DNA of 63,987 nucleotides, the filler included, from Chiloscyllium plagiosum (lineage: Eukaryota), in the NCBI RefSeq assembly GCF_004010195.1. It is 12 parts of 12 records of this genome, joined end to end, with 100 filler letters (N's around TTAATTAATTAA, not from the genome) between each part and the next. Parts side by side here need not be neighbours in the genome. Positions count along the whole stretch, not along the records: positions 1 to 26,031 come from NW_025212317.1; 11 more parts are not named here. One strand, given 5' to 3'. Below the pieces are notes generated by a model that had not been told where the DNA came from, did no database searches, and saw only the letters and a list, made by a program, of their open reading frames with translations. The position numbers and the translations under genes are program-made. This document shows, piece by piece, positions 11,153 to 25,105 of the stretch; position 1 is the first letter of the stretch, and each line of letters opens with the position of its first letter.

Positions 11153-13510
11153 CGCACTGACAGTGCCCCCATTGCCTCCAGTGATCTCCCCTCCACTGCC
11201 TCTATTCTCATACTCCCCCAGCCCTGCAATGCCCAGTTTGTCTGCTCCCCAAGATCCACAAGCCCATACACCCTGGGTAACCCAACATCTCAGCATGCTC
11301 CTGCCCCACTGAACTCATCTCATCCTACCTCAATCCATCCTCTCCTTGGTTCAGACACTTCCCACCGACATCCGTGACACCAACCATGCCCTCCATCTCT
11401 TCAGTAACCTCCAGTTCCCCAGCCCTAAGTGCTTTACCTTCACTATGGGTGTGCAGTCCTTATATATGTCCATACCCAATAAGGATGGCCTCCAGCCCTC
11501 TGCTTCTTCCTCTCCAACAGATCCATCCAGTCTCCTCCACCAATACCCTCCTCCGCCTTGCTGAACTGGTCCTCACCCTCCACTACTTTTTCTTTAACTC
11601 CTCCCATTTCCTCTAAATCCAGGGGGTGGCTATGAGTACCTGGATGGGCCCCAGCTACCCCACCCCTTTATTGGCTAAGTTGACAAGTCCCTCTTTAGAG
11701 CCTACACAGGCACTATGTCCCAGCTCTTCTGCCATTTCATTGATGACTGCATCGGTGCAGCATCCTGCACCCAGACTGAACTGGAGCAGTTCATCGACTT
11801 CACCCACAACTTCCACCTTGGCCTCAAATTCACTTGGTCCACCTTGGACACCTCCCTCCCCATTAATGACCTCTCCATTCCCATCTCCAGTGACAATCTT
11901 CAGACTGACATTTACTACAAACCCACAGACTCCCATAACTAACTGGAATACAGCTCCTCCAACTCAGTATCCTGCAAGAATTTCATCCCATTTTCCCAAT
12001 TCCTCTGCCTCTGCCTCAACTGCTTGGATGACATTCCATTGATCACAGATGTCCACCTATTATGAACAATGTGCTATTCCTCCTTCTGTCATGCACTGCA
12101 CCACCTCCACTTCCCATTCCACTGCTCTAAACCCCTCCAAACGTAATAAAGGCAGAGAACCCTTGTCCTCACCTACCACCCCACCAATCTCCGCATCCAC
12201 CACATCATCCTTAAATACTTACACCAACTCCAGCTAGACCACACCACCAAGAACATCTTCCTCTCCTCACCGCTGGCTGCCTTCCACAAGGACCATTCCC
12301 TTTGACAATTCTTGGTTTGTGCCACTTGCCCNNNNNNNNNNNNNNNNNNNCTTCCCTTGCAACCCAAAAAGATGCAAAGCCTGCTGGTACACCAACCCCT
12401 CACCTCTATCCAGAACCCCAAACAGTCCTTCCAGGTGAGACAGAGGTTCACCTACCTCTCCTCCAACCTAGTTCACTGCATCAGGTGCTCCTGATGTGGT
12501 CATCTCTACATCGTGGGACCAAACGTAAACTTAGGGAACGTTTTGCCAAGCATTTCAGCCAGGCCCGGAGGGACCGAACGGTTCTCCCAGTCACCACCCA
12601 TTTTAATTCCCCTTTCCACTCCCTTTCTGACATGACGATCACTGGCCTCCTCCATTGCCACAATGAACCAAACCACAAATTGAATACTTCCGCCAACTCC
12701 AGCTAGACCACACCACCAAGAACACCTTCCTTTCCCAACCGCTGGCTGCTTCCCACAAGGACCATTCCCTTTGACAATTCTTGGTTTGTGCCATTTGCCC
12801 ACCTACCCTCCTGAACCCCCAGGAGCCTTCCCTTGCAACCCAAAAAGATGCAAAGCCTGCTGGTACACCAACCCCACACATCCAGAACCCCATACAGTCC
12901 TTCCAGGTGAGACAGAGGTTCACCTACCTCTCCTCCAACCTAGTTCACTGCATAAGGTGCTCCTGATGTGGTCATCTCTACATCGGGAAGACCAAACGTA
13001 AATTTAGGGAACGTTTTACCAAGCATTTCAGCCAGGCCCGGAGGGACCGAACGGTCCTCCCAGTCACCACCCATTTTAATTCCCCTTCCCACTCCCTTTC
13101 TGACATGACGATCACTGGCCTCCTCCATTGCCACAATGAACCAAACCACAAATTGAAAGAACAACATCTCATCTTCTATCTGGGCAGCCTACAGCCCGGA
13201 GGACTCAACATTGAGTTTGCCAGTTTCAAATAACTACCCTTCCCGTCCCCATACTCCCTTCCCAACCCCTCGCCCTCCCTTCCACTCCTCCCTGCCACCA
13301 AACAGATTCATTCCTCCCATTAACCAACCAGGTAGTATCATCTACCTGTCATCACTGATCCACACTTCATCATCCTGTCCCAGTCACCCCCTTTATCGGC
13401 AGCTCCCCCAACACCCAACCCCATTCCTGAAGAAGAGTTACACCCAAAAGTCAACTTCTTCACCACCTGATGCTGCCTAACTTGCTGTATTTTTCCAGCC
13501 TCCTGCCTAT
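11153..13510 (+). mobile_element. Penelope-like retroelement (RT plus GIY-YIG endonuclease), degenerate
   Basis: RT motifs MGVQSLYMSIP, GVAMSTWMGPSY, FIDDCIG, IYYKPTDSH; GIY-YIG-like SSNLVHCIRCS..LYIGKTKR..RERF.KH; degenerate ctgaagaag..aaaagtc motif near 13427; internal duplication 12222-12684 / 12691-13157. Confidence 0.88.
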
Positions 13511-13639
13511 CATTGAATGGAACCAGCAGGAAGGGGTTAGACAATTAAGTGTCAGGGCCATGAATAAATGGGAATGGGGCATGCTACAGACAGATGCATT
13601 GAGACAGTCAATCAAAGAGAAGACCAAACTGGAAATGAA

Positions 13640-13985
13640 ACACTAATACACAGTGAACGGAATTTAATATCAGAAAGTGTGAGACCATGCACTTGCGTCA
13701 GAATAATCTAAAGGCCGACTATTAGTTAAATAGTGAGAGATTCCAACAAAGTGCAGTACAGAGTGATCTGGGTAGTATTGTGCATGAAACACAGAAAGTT
13801 AGTGCAGGTACAGCAAGTAATTGAGAAGGTGAATGGAAGTTTATCCTTTATTGTTGGGGGTTGGAATTTAAAAGTAGAGAAGTCTTGTTAAAACTGTACA
13901 GGGTGTTAGTGAGCCTGCATTTGGCGTATTGTGTGCAATTCTGGTCCCTGTATTTAAGAAAGGATGGACAGCTATTGGAGGCTTC
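13640..13985 (+). mobile_element. CR1 LINE fragment
   Basis: EFKSREVLLKLYRVLVSLHLAYCVQFWSLYLRKD. Confidence 0.8.
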
Positions 13986-16900
13986 CTCCTGCTCCTATTT
14001 CCCATGTCCTTCTGTGCCCCAATATCCTTCTCTCACATCAGAGCTGACGTATAACACATATATAATTCTCTCTCCTTTTATATTTTATCTCCATGTCTTC
14101 CCAGCTGTCGCCTGACAACATTACACACTTGTGTAAAATCTAGAATGAATCATGAAAATCTGGGAGAACTTACTCTGTGACAACACTGGGATTAATGACC
14201 ACCTCCTCAGTGGGCTTTGAGGATGAAGGTCAATAGCTGTCTCATGGGCCTTGATCTAAATTGTCTCCAGTCAGTCAGTGTTTTTGTCTGGTCCAAACAG
14301 TACCCTGTGATCTGATTGAGATGAAGGGTTAGCTGTGCTGGGCTTTCACACATGGCTCGCATACAGAGTGAAGCAGGGATTACCCATTTCACAAGAGTAA
14401 ATGGAACGAACAAACTGGGTGAGTGTGACAACCCCATCCTCTCCCCAAGACAGTGGGACAGGAACAGTAATATTCTCAAAAAGAAAGGTTGGTAAAAAAA
14501 ATGGTACCCCGCAGAGAGAGGGGGGATGGGAAACGTGACACTCTCCAGAGACAGGCGAACAGTAACTGTCTGTTCCCCACTTTCTTGTTGTGACATATGT
14601 CCTTGGGAAATGGGTTTTGTTTATATTTTCTCAGTAACAAGGATTCCAATTCCATATTTCGTGTAGCAGCAGATCCACTGAAGGTCATGCTTTCTTTGGA
14701 GGTTGCCCAGGTTTCTGTCCAGGCTGATACAGCATGATCTACCAGTGTTGCTCCTATTGGGCTAAACCATCACACACCAGGGAGTCTGACGGGCACTTTC
14801 TCTTTGTGCTGGCAAAGGGAGGGATTTGCTTTTACTGCCATGGCGGCCAAAGAAATTAGTTAGTGGATGTATTTCCAGCTGAGCGGAATGTGCATGATGG
14901 GATTAACCTTGACAGTTCCCACTTGCCTTTACACCGACAGTGGGACAGGAAGTCACCACGCAGTGGTCTCCTGGCTCACACTGAGAAACCAAGTTGATGG
15001 TATAACTGCAGAGAGCAAGACAATGGCTTGGACTCACCGAACAACCAGAGGCTTCAGCCAACAACTGGATCACAGGCAAATGGCGTGTTGTGTAAACTCT
15101 CAGGATCTCAGGGAACAAACACAACTACTGAGCTCCAAAACTGAACAGGATATTTTTATGACAAATTGGCATTCCAAAAATAAAATCCAAACACAATATG
15201 TATAAAAACTGAGTACAATCTCATTTCAAAGACTATAGCATTTTGTTTGAAAGCTGGACGATAATGAGATGGGAATTCAAACAACCACCCACTCCATCAC
15301 ACAGTGTTCTCATCATAACACATTTGCAAGCCTCTTAAAAACACGGAAGGAGAGAGAAACATTGCAAACTGTATTACCACGAGTGAGGATCCATTAAAAA
15401 CTAGGATGATGATGTTAAAGCTAGAAACAACACAGATGCATTCCCATCATTAGAAAGTTAAATAATGTTAAAATGTCTGCCAACCACTTTCATAAAGACG
15501 GAGTATTTTTAAATCTCAAGAGGCATTGATGATTTTTTTTCCAGTTCCATAGCAAGGAAGCAGCAGCTGACATATGAACTCTAACAAAATGATAACAGGC
15601 ATTGAATACAGAGCTGGGTCCTGAGAGAAAACAAATCAACAGCAGAGTTCTGTCCAGTACTGGGATCATTTTAGACAAGACACCTTGTTGCCAGCAAGTT
15701 ACTGCAGCTTGAAAACTCCAGTACAGTCAGAAAGAGAAAAAGGACAATGTGCAGATTGTTGAACAGGCCCCTACACCTGGGCCTGAGGCAGGAGCCCTCA
15801 CTTCACAACAATCTTCACACAGTGCGGGGTCATGAACTCCGGCCATCAATTCCTCTGGGACCGGGATGGAGTGAGGGAACAGGGTCAATTGTAGAAGTGT
15901 CAATAGAGAGTAAAGAAAGATGGAGAGGGTGTTTTGGAAAGGGTTTAGAGGAGGAAGTATACTTTGTGCCACTCAGTACTGACATTGTCTATGTCCATCA
16001 CAAAATTAACAAAACAGCACACTGTGAAGACAAACAAAAGTCACATCAAAGTACTTTCCTTATCACAGGGGACATTTTCATTGTGGTGCGATAAGTACCC
16101 CGCTTCTAAAGCTGTACACTTTATGCGTCTCTACAGATTGAGCCGGTTACCTACAAGCAGAGTCCCAGTTTACTTTTTTACTGATCAGGGACAGTGAAAC
16201 AGTTGCCCACTAGTGGCGAGAGAGCACTTGCACGGCTGCTGAGGATTATGGGTAAAGTCCCCTTCCATTGGCGCCCACACAAACCAGCAGCCACTTCAGC
16301 TGCTTTATTGAAAACCACAAGCTTTTAAGGCGCTGATCTTTCAACGGTGGAACTGGCCACACGATCATATGAATTAGGCGCAAATGAAGGAGATTCATCC
16401 TCTTGAGCCTGCTCCCCATGGCTGACCTGATTATTCCACATTCTTGCCTCACTGATAGATTCTTGATAAGCAATGACTGTCTACTTCTTCACTACAAGCA
16501 TTCAGAGGTTTCATTTCTATGTTTGAAGAAGCGTTCCAAAGATCGATGACCTTAAGCAAGAAAAAAAACTCTGCTTATCTCAGTCTTCTATGAGGGAACT
16601 TGTTTTAATTTGATATTCTCCCCGAAAAGGAGACATGCTTTTCACATCCACGCGGTATTCTATGTTCATATTGATATGGCATCTGCTTTAATCAGCTGCT
16701 CTCTCATGAGAACAGCTACCTATCCTGCCACCTTCAGTGATGCTCATAAACATCCAGGTCCTACTGCCCCTACATCCACCCATACTTGTACCCTTCAGTT
16801 TTTTTGTCTCTCCACAGTTTCCTTCCAAAATGAATCAGTGACATCTCTTTCCATTAAATTCTGTCCGCAACCATCTGCTCATTCCATTAACTTACCTGTA

Positions 16901-19269
16901 TATTTTTAAAGTTAGACACTATCTTCTTCATGACCCATAATATATCCAAGTTTCATACCATCAGCAAATTTTGAAATTATGCCTTGTACACTCAGGTTAA
17001 TATAGATTTAACTATTTTAAATAGTTTTTAAAATGAACTATTTTATAAACTATTGTAAATTATACCTCAAATTTATTGCCCATCTCCAGTTGCTCGGACT
17101 GAGTTCTGAGCCAGATCATGGGGCCGTTAAGAATGAATCGCGTCACTGTGGGACTGGAGTCACAGACCGGTTGATGACTGGGTTCCCTTGTCCAAACTAC
17201 ATTCATGAGCATGACATTGAGTTTCATGGGTTTTTTTGTTCAGATCCCAGCGCCTTCCTACCCAGATATTACATGGCTCACCACCGCCCTCTCCAGGACA
17301 ATTAGGGAAGGGCAACAAGAAGCAGCCAATTTTGTGCCTGCCCATCCCAGGAGAAATCAAAATAAACGAGATACACTTCAAATGATTAAACTGGTGAGGC
17401 TTGAATTCATCTCTTTGAAAAACAGGAGCCTAGCCTAGAAATAGAGCTATGACATGGGTGAACCTGGTTTGTCAGACTGAAAGGCGGAGTGTCCTTCGGA
17501 TTGACACCGGGATCAGGCACAAAATGAATTACACTCAAAGACCGAACAAACGGCTATCAAAGCGGGTCACCAAACTGCAAAGAGCAGCAATTTATCTGGG
17601 AGAACTCAACAGGCATCAGTGGGTGTAAGAGCATTAGGCAGGCAAGTGTCATGTTGTTGAACACACCGTAAGCACAGTCACACATAAAGGGAAGCTGTTG
17701 GGATCGAGCAGGGAAACGGGAATAACTGAATTTCTCCACTGAGAGCTGGAAGGGGTTTTCTCGGTTGTAACACATCTGAGAACGATAAAGGTTGAAGGGC
17801 CGTTTATATTATAAACAACACAGCAGCACGCTAGAAAGGATGCCGAGTGACATATCTCCTTTACCTTGGAAACAATATCAGAAACTAAGGTCAATGTGGT
17901 TTTGGATTGAATATTGAGAGTGAGGAGATGGAGGGGAGAGTGACCATGGCAGCCGTCCTGAAGAATGGTTAAGTCACGTCCAGAATATGGTGCACAGTTT
18001 AGGGCTATTTTGAGGGACAAGACATAATGGGACAGGGACAGAGGATCTTGGTCACAAGATTTTATTTCGGGATGTAGATTTCTTTACACAGAAGGTAGTA
18101 AGAATTTGCAATTTTCTGCCACAGGCTGTTAAAACAAAACCTATCCATGTTTTATTCTCTGGTGGGACATGGGCGCTGCTGGTTGGCCAATATTTCCTGC
18201 CTGTCCCTCATTTTCTTTGAACATGGTGAGGAGCTGCCTTCCTGAACCTGCTGCAGCCTTGTGCTGCAGGTAGACCCAGAATGCCCTGAGGGAGAGAATA
18301 CCCTGATTTTAACCCAGTGACAGTGAAGGAACAGGGATATATTTCTAAGTCAGGATGATGAATGGTTTGGGAGAAATCTTACAGATGGCAATGTTCCCAT
18401 TTGTGCTCTATTTTAAAAGGTATTTAATAACCTGAAAAGAGGAATAATAAAGGGAAAGTAATGCTGAAAAGCATTCGACTGGATGGTGATGGATTAATTA
18501 TTGTGGTGACTTTTTGGGCAGAGTTGGCTGTTCTTGTCCAGCAGCAACATTCTCCATGGTAACGCTTCATTGCATTCCAAAAGAACATGTTTAAAACTCA
18601 AAACTCTGACCTCACACAAAGACAGTGCTAATTATCGACAGATTTTATGACTTTCTTTAAGTTTCAGCCTTGGCTAAATTGGTAGAACTCCTTCCGTGGA
18701 GTCAGAAAGGTTTGGGTTCAGTCCACTCTAAGTTGGGTCAACAACGATCTCACCCATCAGTGACAGAACTGCTGGGGAGCTCCTTTTGGTTCCTGGGGAG
18801 GTCCCCAGTTGGAAGCGAGCAGAGCAATGCTTGTTGGAGGCAGGGCTCTCACTGGAGACCTTGGCTTATTATGGAATCCCAGACCAAATGCAACTAAAGG
18901 CAGGTGTGGGTCATGGGAGAGGTGGCAGTTTAACATGAGGACATCATCTGAAGTTAGGTCCCTTGCTTGGACACATTGTGTGAAAGCCAAGCCTATTTAA
19001 TCCCTGAGCTGCCATTAAATCAGGATAGATTCAGGAATGTTGATGTCAATTGTCTCCTCAATCTAGTTGATATTGTCTGATGATGTCTGGGAATTCTAGC
19101 ACACTACTTCTATCCTGATATTCATTGAGAGAAACTTTGCTGCCATTGGGGGCATTGGAATGGGCCACTTGAATGATTAAGTGTGCACAGAGTCATGTTT
19201 CCAACTGTATGAAATCTAGCCCAAAGTGTAAAAATCAAAACTCATGTTTCATTTACAAAACTGAGAGAA

Positions 19270-19480
19270 GATGTTTAGGTTAGGGGAATTGGCTGTGCTA
19301 AATTACACATTATGCCCAAGAGGTATGCAGGCTAGCAAATGGAAAATGCCATGGACAATGCAGGGTTACGGGGATAGGGTAAGGGAGGTGTGGGATGGTC
19401 TTCAATGGGCCAGTACGAGCTTGCTGGGCTGTGTGGCCTCCTTCCACCCTGTAGGAATTCCTCGATTCTATGATTCTATT
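19270..19480 (+). mobile_element. Degenerate HE1-type SINE 3' half
   Basis: gaattggctgtgctaaatt..ccaccctgtaggaatt..(ctatgatt) tail. Confidence 0.55.
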
Positions 19481-20799
19481 AAGGCCAGAACAGGATCTTG
19501 ACAGTGGAGGGAGGGAATTCTGATGTTCAAAAGTTCTTAAACAAAAAAACACAGTAAATGTAAATTTACCATCAAAGCAGACAAACTGAAAGGCAAAATG
19601 ACACATTCTCCAATCATATACCAGGTATAGAAAAGAGATCAGTAAAAATATTTTGATGCAGTTATTGGAACTTAATGATGAATGATGATAAACATAGTGC
19701 TCCATTCACAAAAAGACAGAATTACTTTTTAGAATTTCAACAAGTCTGAAGCAAAAGAGGAAATCAGGATCAAATAGTCATTTGAGAATTTGAAACTAGA
19801 GTGAGAAAAAGTCCTTCTTATGAAAACATTTCATTTTGCCTTGCTTTCTCTCCATGGGTGCTGCCTGACCCTCTAGGATCTCCAGTCTACATGGTACTTG
19901 CCTTTGCTGTGCTATTTCTTGCAAATTGCCCTGATGTGTGCAAGACAAAAACTTCAACAAAACCTCTCTTTTTTCAGCAACACTCAAATTCGGATCAGTT
20001 TAGAGAGAAAGCAGGGACAGGGAATCATCTTTCCCCGCAGGGAGGGAGGGAGTGTGTGTGGAATCTCCCATGGGCAGGGTTCTCCTGGCTGCCACCACAT
20101 CAGGAAGGCTAGAACCTGATGATCGAGCTGAATGGACAGGGCTCACTCTCACAGTCCTCAGGGCCATGGAGCCTCTTGTGATGGGAGCATCTGCTCGGTG
20201 TCAGGGCAGACAATGACATTGCAATGGGTTTGGAGATGGGGCAACTCGACAATGGATGCTGCACAATGGCTGCACTGACTCTTCCACTCTGCCTGGTCCC
20301 TCCAGGAGTGAACGTGGATGTACAGAATGGCTGGACACCTTGATTATTGCAATGGAACATTGTTCTCCAGCTGACACTCACCAGCTTGGTGCTGGAAAAG
20401 GGTCCTTTATCCATTGAGCTGAGAGCCTTGCTCCTGACCCAGCAGATTGGTGTTGAGTGGCATTTCAGGAGATAAAGAGAGGCTGAGAAGGGAATGAATG
20501 AGCAAGTGAATATATCTGTTTCTCAAATTTCCCAGCAACAATGAGAGCTCAGGGTTAAGACACGAATGAGGAAGGGTGAAGCTTTGAAGAAATCTTTTGC
20601 ACAGAGAGTGTGCATGAGTGGGTACAGAGAAAAGACCATTCAATTGTTTTGAACTTACAAACTAGAGGCTGAATTCGGCCTTTCAATCCTTCAAGACTTC
20701 TCGACCAATCAATAGGACCATGGCTGATGTGATTTTGCTTCCAATGCCACATTCTCATCCAGCACAGAATGGTGAATGCACAACAAAAGTGGACAGAAA

Positions 20800-21915
20800 A
20801 GCCAGATCCTGAACAACAACAGCAACCACCCAAACACACACAGGAGAAGCTGCACTAGGCCCCTGTTCCTAAGGGCTACAACACATTGCAGCACTCCCGA
20901 CCTGCAAAGAGAAGAACACTTCTACAGAGTCTTTACCAAGAACTGATTTTCCTGCAACTTCATCCGCAGATACCTAACAGACAAACAACACGATGAGGAC
21001 ATGCTACAAGCCACGCTACCTTACATAAAAAAATGCCATAGAACTGACAGCCAGACTTGTCCAACCATGGAACGGTGGCTCATTGGTTAACACTATTGCC
21101 CCACAGTGGCAAGGATCCAAGTTCAATTCCCACATCAGGAAACTGTCTGTGTGGAGTTTGCACATTCTCCCCGTGTCTGCATTGATTTCCTCCGGGTGCT
21201 CCGGTTTCCTCCCACAGTCCAAAGATGTGCAGGTCAGCTGAATTGGCCGTGCTAAATTGCCCCTAGTGCTAGGTGCATTAGTCAGGGTCAGTATTGGGCA
21301 GGGACTGGGTCTGGGTGGGTTACTCTTTGGAGGGTCAGTGTGGACTTGTTGGGCTGGAGGGCCTGTTTCCATACTGTAGGGAATCTAATCACTCATAAAC
21401 TGCCCAGAAACTGAAGCCACGCTCAGTCAACAATGCATGAGAACAAAAGACCCAAAACCAATCATGTGAAAGACAAATGTAGTTTACAAGATTCCATGCA
21501 AAGCCTGCAAAAAACACACAGGACACACAGCCAGACAACTAGCCATCCACATCCATGAACACCAACGAGCCACTAAACCCCATGAGCAGCTGTCCTGAGT
21601 AGCTATACACACAGATGACACGGACCACAAATTCGATTGGGCCAACATTATGATCATAGAACAAGCTCAACAAAGGGCAGCCAGAAAATTTCTAGAGCCA
21701 TGGGCTCCATCAATAAACACATTGACCGAGACCCAGTATATCGACCACTGAAGTGAACATTCCAAAAACCAGCAACCGGAAACAGCAGGAATGGAACCAA
21801 ATAAATTCCAGAAGACACAGTACAACAGGAAGCTCCAAAGCTCTGAAGGTGTCAACTAGACAGGGGACAAAATGTCTACAAATCAACTTCCCAGCTCGGC
21901 GAACATACCCACAAC
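20800..21915 (+). mobile_element. Penelope-like element 3' fragment (second family), interrupted by a SINE
   Basis: KTNVVYKIPCKAC and HKFDWANIMIIEQAQQRAARKFLEPW resemble GIY-YIG-region peptides; degenerate hammerhead-like ctgaagg..gacaaaatgtc at about 21843-21876. Confidence 0.75.
21069..21390 (+). mobile_element. HE1/V-SINE
   Basis: tRNA-like head, V-domain and aatctaatc tail. Confidence 0.88.
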
Positions 21916-24212
21916 TAGACCAAGAGTGAAGGGTTTTCGCGTCCTACACTATTCTCCAAATCCTTACCTGCCCGCCTCATTGTCATACCCTCATGCCCCT
22001 TACTACACATGGAATTGGAATGCCTGGTCCTGAGGCTTATAACTTCCTTCTGGAACAAGGTCTCCAGGTATCTCTGCACCTCCCTGATGTGTCGCCAATT
22101 ATTTCAACACAGCCTCCAGTCCAAACACCCTGTGTGGGTGTTGTTGTACATTTATACGTTCACTGCAGATGTATTTAACCTGAGTCACTTTAATTTAATA
22201 AAGAAATACAGATCCTACTTACAAATGGAAGATACCCATTCCTGTATTAATCCAGTAATTGTCTTCAGTATCTGAATTTAAGTTTTCGTGCTTTCCATTT
22301 ATTGACCTTCTCGAATGGGGGGTATCCCGAAGCAGTACAAGACGACACGAGGATATAGATGGGCTGGGAGGGTCAGATGGTCTGATCAGTCACAAGTGGA
22401 ATTCATTCAGATAAATGTGAGTCAGTGGACTGAGCTCTCCCTGACCATGCGAGTGAGGTGAGGGCAGAGTGACAGCACTTGACATCAAGGCCTCTTTGAT
22501 GGTGTGTGGCATCAGGAGCCTGCTGTTCCATGGAAGGGATCAACATCTGGATCCTTCCGAGCAACTCCTGCGAGTTCTGTCATCCCAAAGGGACACATCC
22601 TCCTCCTCTGTTCACACAAACAGCAGCAAGTCGGCCACACACACTGTCCAAACTGTTTGGGGGAACTGACCTGAACTCTCACAGCCCTGTGCCATGCTCT
22701 GCTGAAAGATGGAGGGACTATTGGGGAGCCCTAGGGGCAGACAGTTCTACCAATATCGTTGGTCTTTAAATGTGAAGGTGAACTTGTCCTGGTCCTCAGC
22801 CTTCCCTGACCCGATATGGACCAGGGCACATTCGAAATGACCAACTGTGTAAAGACCCATTCCCAGTCCATCAGCAATGAGCCAATCTGCTCTGAACACA
22901 CCCTGAGTGAGTGCACTCCATTATGTTCCGATACACTGCCAGAGAGCCCACCCTTACACTCCAGGGTTCTGATAGCACTCCCATCACAGAGTCCCCCCAT
23001 GAACCCCTTCAGTTCGTTCTCAACTGGAGAGGGCTGGTTCCAGTGGTTTTGATGGATGCATCTGTGTGTGAGATATAATGAGATATATACATATATAACA
23101 TATATAACTCGATATGTTCTCTGTTCCCCACCCACACATGTATGGACACAGGCTCTTCCCCAATAATCGTACACTATCAGGCACAGGTATTCAGAATGGG
23201 TACTGCCCCTTCAGTGCACCACCATGGTGGATGGGGGGTTATGGAGTGAAAGGTACCCTCCTTACTTTGGGTTTGGACCTTTCCCATCTACACTCTGAAT
23301 TCAGCTTACTCTCGGCATCATTCTTCGATCTTTCCAAAGCCAACATACCTTTCTTCTTTTCCCCATTTATTGGGGAATATTTTCTCAGGGCCCTGCCCCT
23401 TCTGGCCCAACTGTAGTATTTCCCTCCTGCTCCCGGGACCCCATTGCCCTCTCTATTCTCCCCCTCGTGTTCCGTGCCTTGAGGGTGGAGGGTTTCACTT
23501 CACACACCCTTTCTCTGAGGCTTCAGCTCGGGCCATTTCCAAAGCACACATGAGACAGAGACTGAATCTTCTTCATCTTTACTCCCTCTTCCAGATTGAC
23601 ATTGACAGAAAACAGTCAGCAAGTAACAGCCCAGACAGAGGAAGCTACTCAAATTCACAGCCACAATGGAACTTGAGGAAAACACTTGTGGAGATTTTCC
23701 CAATAATATGAGAATCCTGTCCCTTTAAACAGTGACAAAACCTTAAGGTGGAACTGGTGGCTGAGCAGGAAGTAGGTCTGGTTTACTGAGGCAGAGACTT
23801 CTGAGGTTCACATTGTTTTTGTACAGCTGACAGTTTTCAATATCTTTGAAAGGTTATGCTTGTTATCGCAAGTCAACACTGTCCCCAACAAACAGTCTCC
23901 TGGACAGGGACAGAATAGGGTTAGATCCAGAGTAAAGCTCTTCTGTACTGTTCCCACCAAAGACACCCAGGAGAGGGACAAGATAATAAACAGAATAAAG
24001 CTGTCTCCACACTGTCCTCATCAATACTCCCAGCACTGGGTTCTCAACAGTGTCACAGTAACCTGCCTTAACCTCTGAACCTCAGAGCCTCCCAGAGGCC
24101 AATTTCAAAAAGGAAGAGAGTTGAAATTCAGTGCTGACAATGACCTTTGCCCTGCCAGTTCAACCCTGTTCTATTTAAAGTTGTGTCGCCTCTGTGGACT
24201 TTCTCACACACT

Positions 24213-24301
24213 CTACACACATTCTGATCTCCTGATGCTCTTGCTGAGGGGAGAGGAGAGGGTCACATGGGTGAGAGCACAGGAGAAATGAGCGTTGGAC
24301 T
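24213..24301 (-). pseudogene. IGKC: Ig kappa constant exon remnant (Ck2), 5' three-quarters deleted
   Basis: Minus strand SNAHFSCALTHVTLSSPLSKSIRRSECV-stop fused directly to upstream intron ttttgccagt; the Ck 3' flank continues to about 23170. Confidence 0.9.
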
Positions 24302-24817
24302 GGCAAAAGTATCATTTTGAATATTTGTATCCAATACCCAACAAACCCGATGTTTTTAAAATTCCTTTTTGATTCCGGACATTGAAGTCCCCCACCCAGA
24401 GTACATTCTGTGCCCTCACCACCCTCAGAGCTTCCTCCAAGTGCTGTTCAACATGGAGGAGAGACTGACACATCAGCCGAGGGAGGACAGTACGTGGTCA
24501 TCAGCCAGAGGTTTCACAGAATCAGAGAATCATACAGTGTAGAAGAGGTTCCTCATCTGATCATGTCTGTCCCACCAAGGCAAAACTAAATCTACTCTCC
24601 ATCCACTTTCCAGAACTGGGCCCAAAGCATTGAATGTTCAGATATTTCAGGTGCTCAGCCAGGTATTTTATTAAAAGATATATTTTTAAAATATTGATCA
24701 GGACACCATGGGGATCTGCTCTGCTCTTCTAATAGTGTCATGGCATCTTCTACTGTCCCCTGAGGGGGCAGACATCAGAACATCCCATCTGAAAGATGGT
24801 CCCTGAGCACTGAACCT

Positions 24818-25105
24818 CTGACAGTACGGCACTCCCACAGTATTGACTTTCTGACAGTGCAGCATTCCCTCAGTATGAACTCTCTGACAGTGCAGCACTC
24901 CCTCAGTACTCACCCTCTGACAGTGCAACACTCCCTCAGTACTCACCCTCTGACAGTGCAGCACTCTCTCAGTACTGAACCAACATTAGTGCAACACTCC
25001 CTCAGTGCTGACCCTCCAATAGTGTGGAACTCCCTCAGTACTGACCTTCTGACAATGTGGCAGTCCCTCAGTACCGACCCTCTGACAGTGCTGCATTCCC
25101 TCAGC
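24818..25105. repeat. 33-bp tandem repeat, about 9 copies
   Basis: Unit ctgacagtgcagcactccctcagtactcaccct. Confidence 0.9.

Noticed and set aside
10189-11377. Long ORFs of 170-360 aa in the ORF track here and at other gaps
   Set aside because: They consist of X residues from N runs
14100-18700. Host protein-coding exons in the less repetitive interval
   Set aside because: Only short ORFs with no recognisable domain or consistent splice pattern
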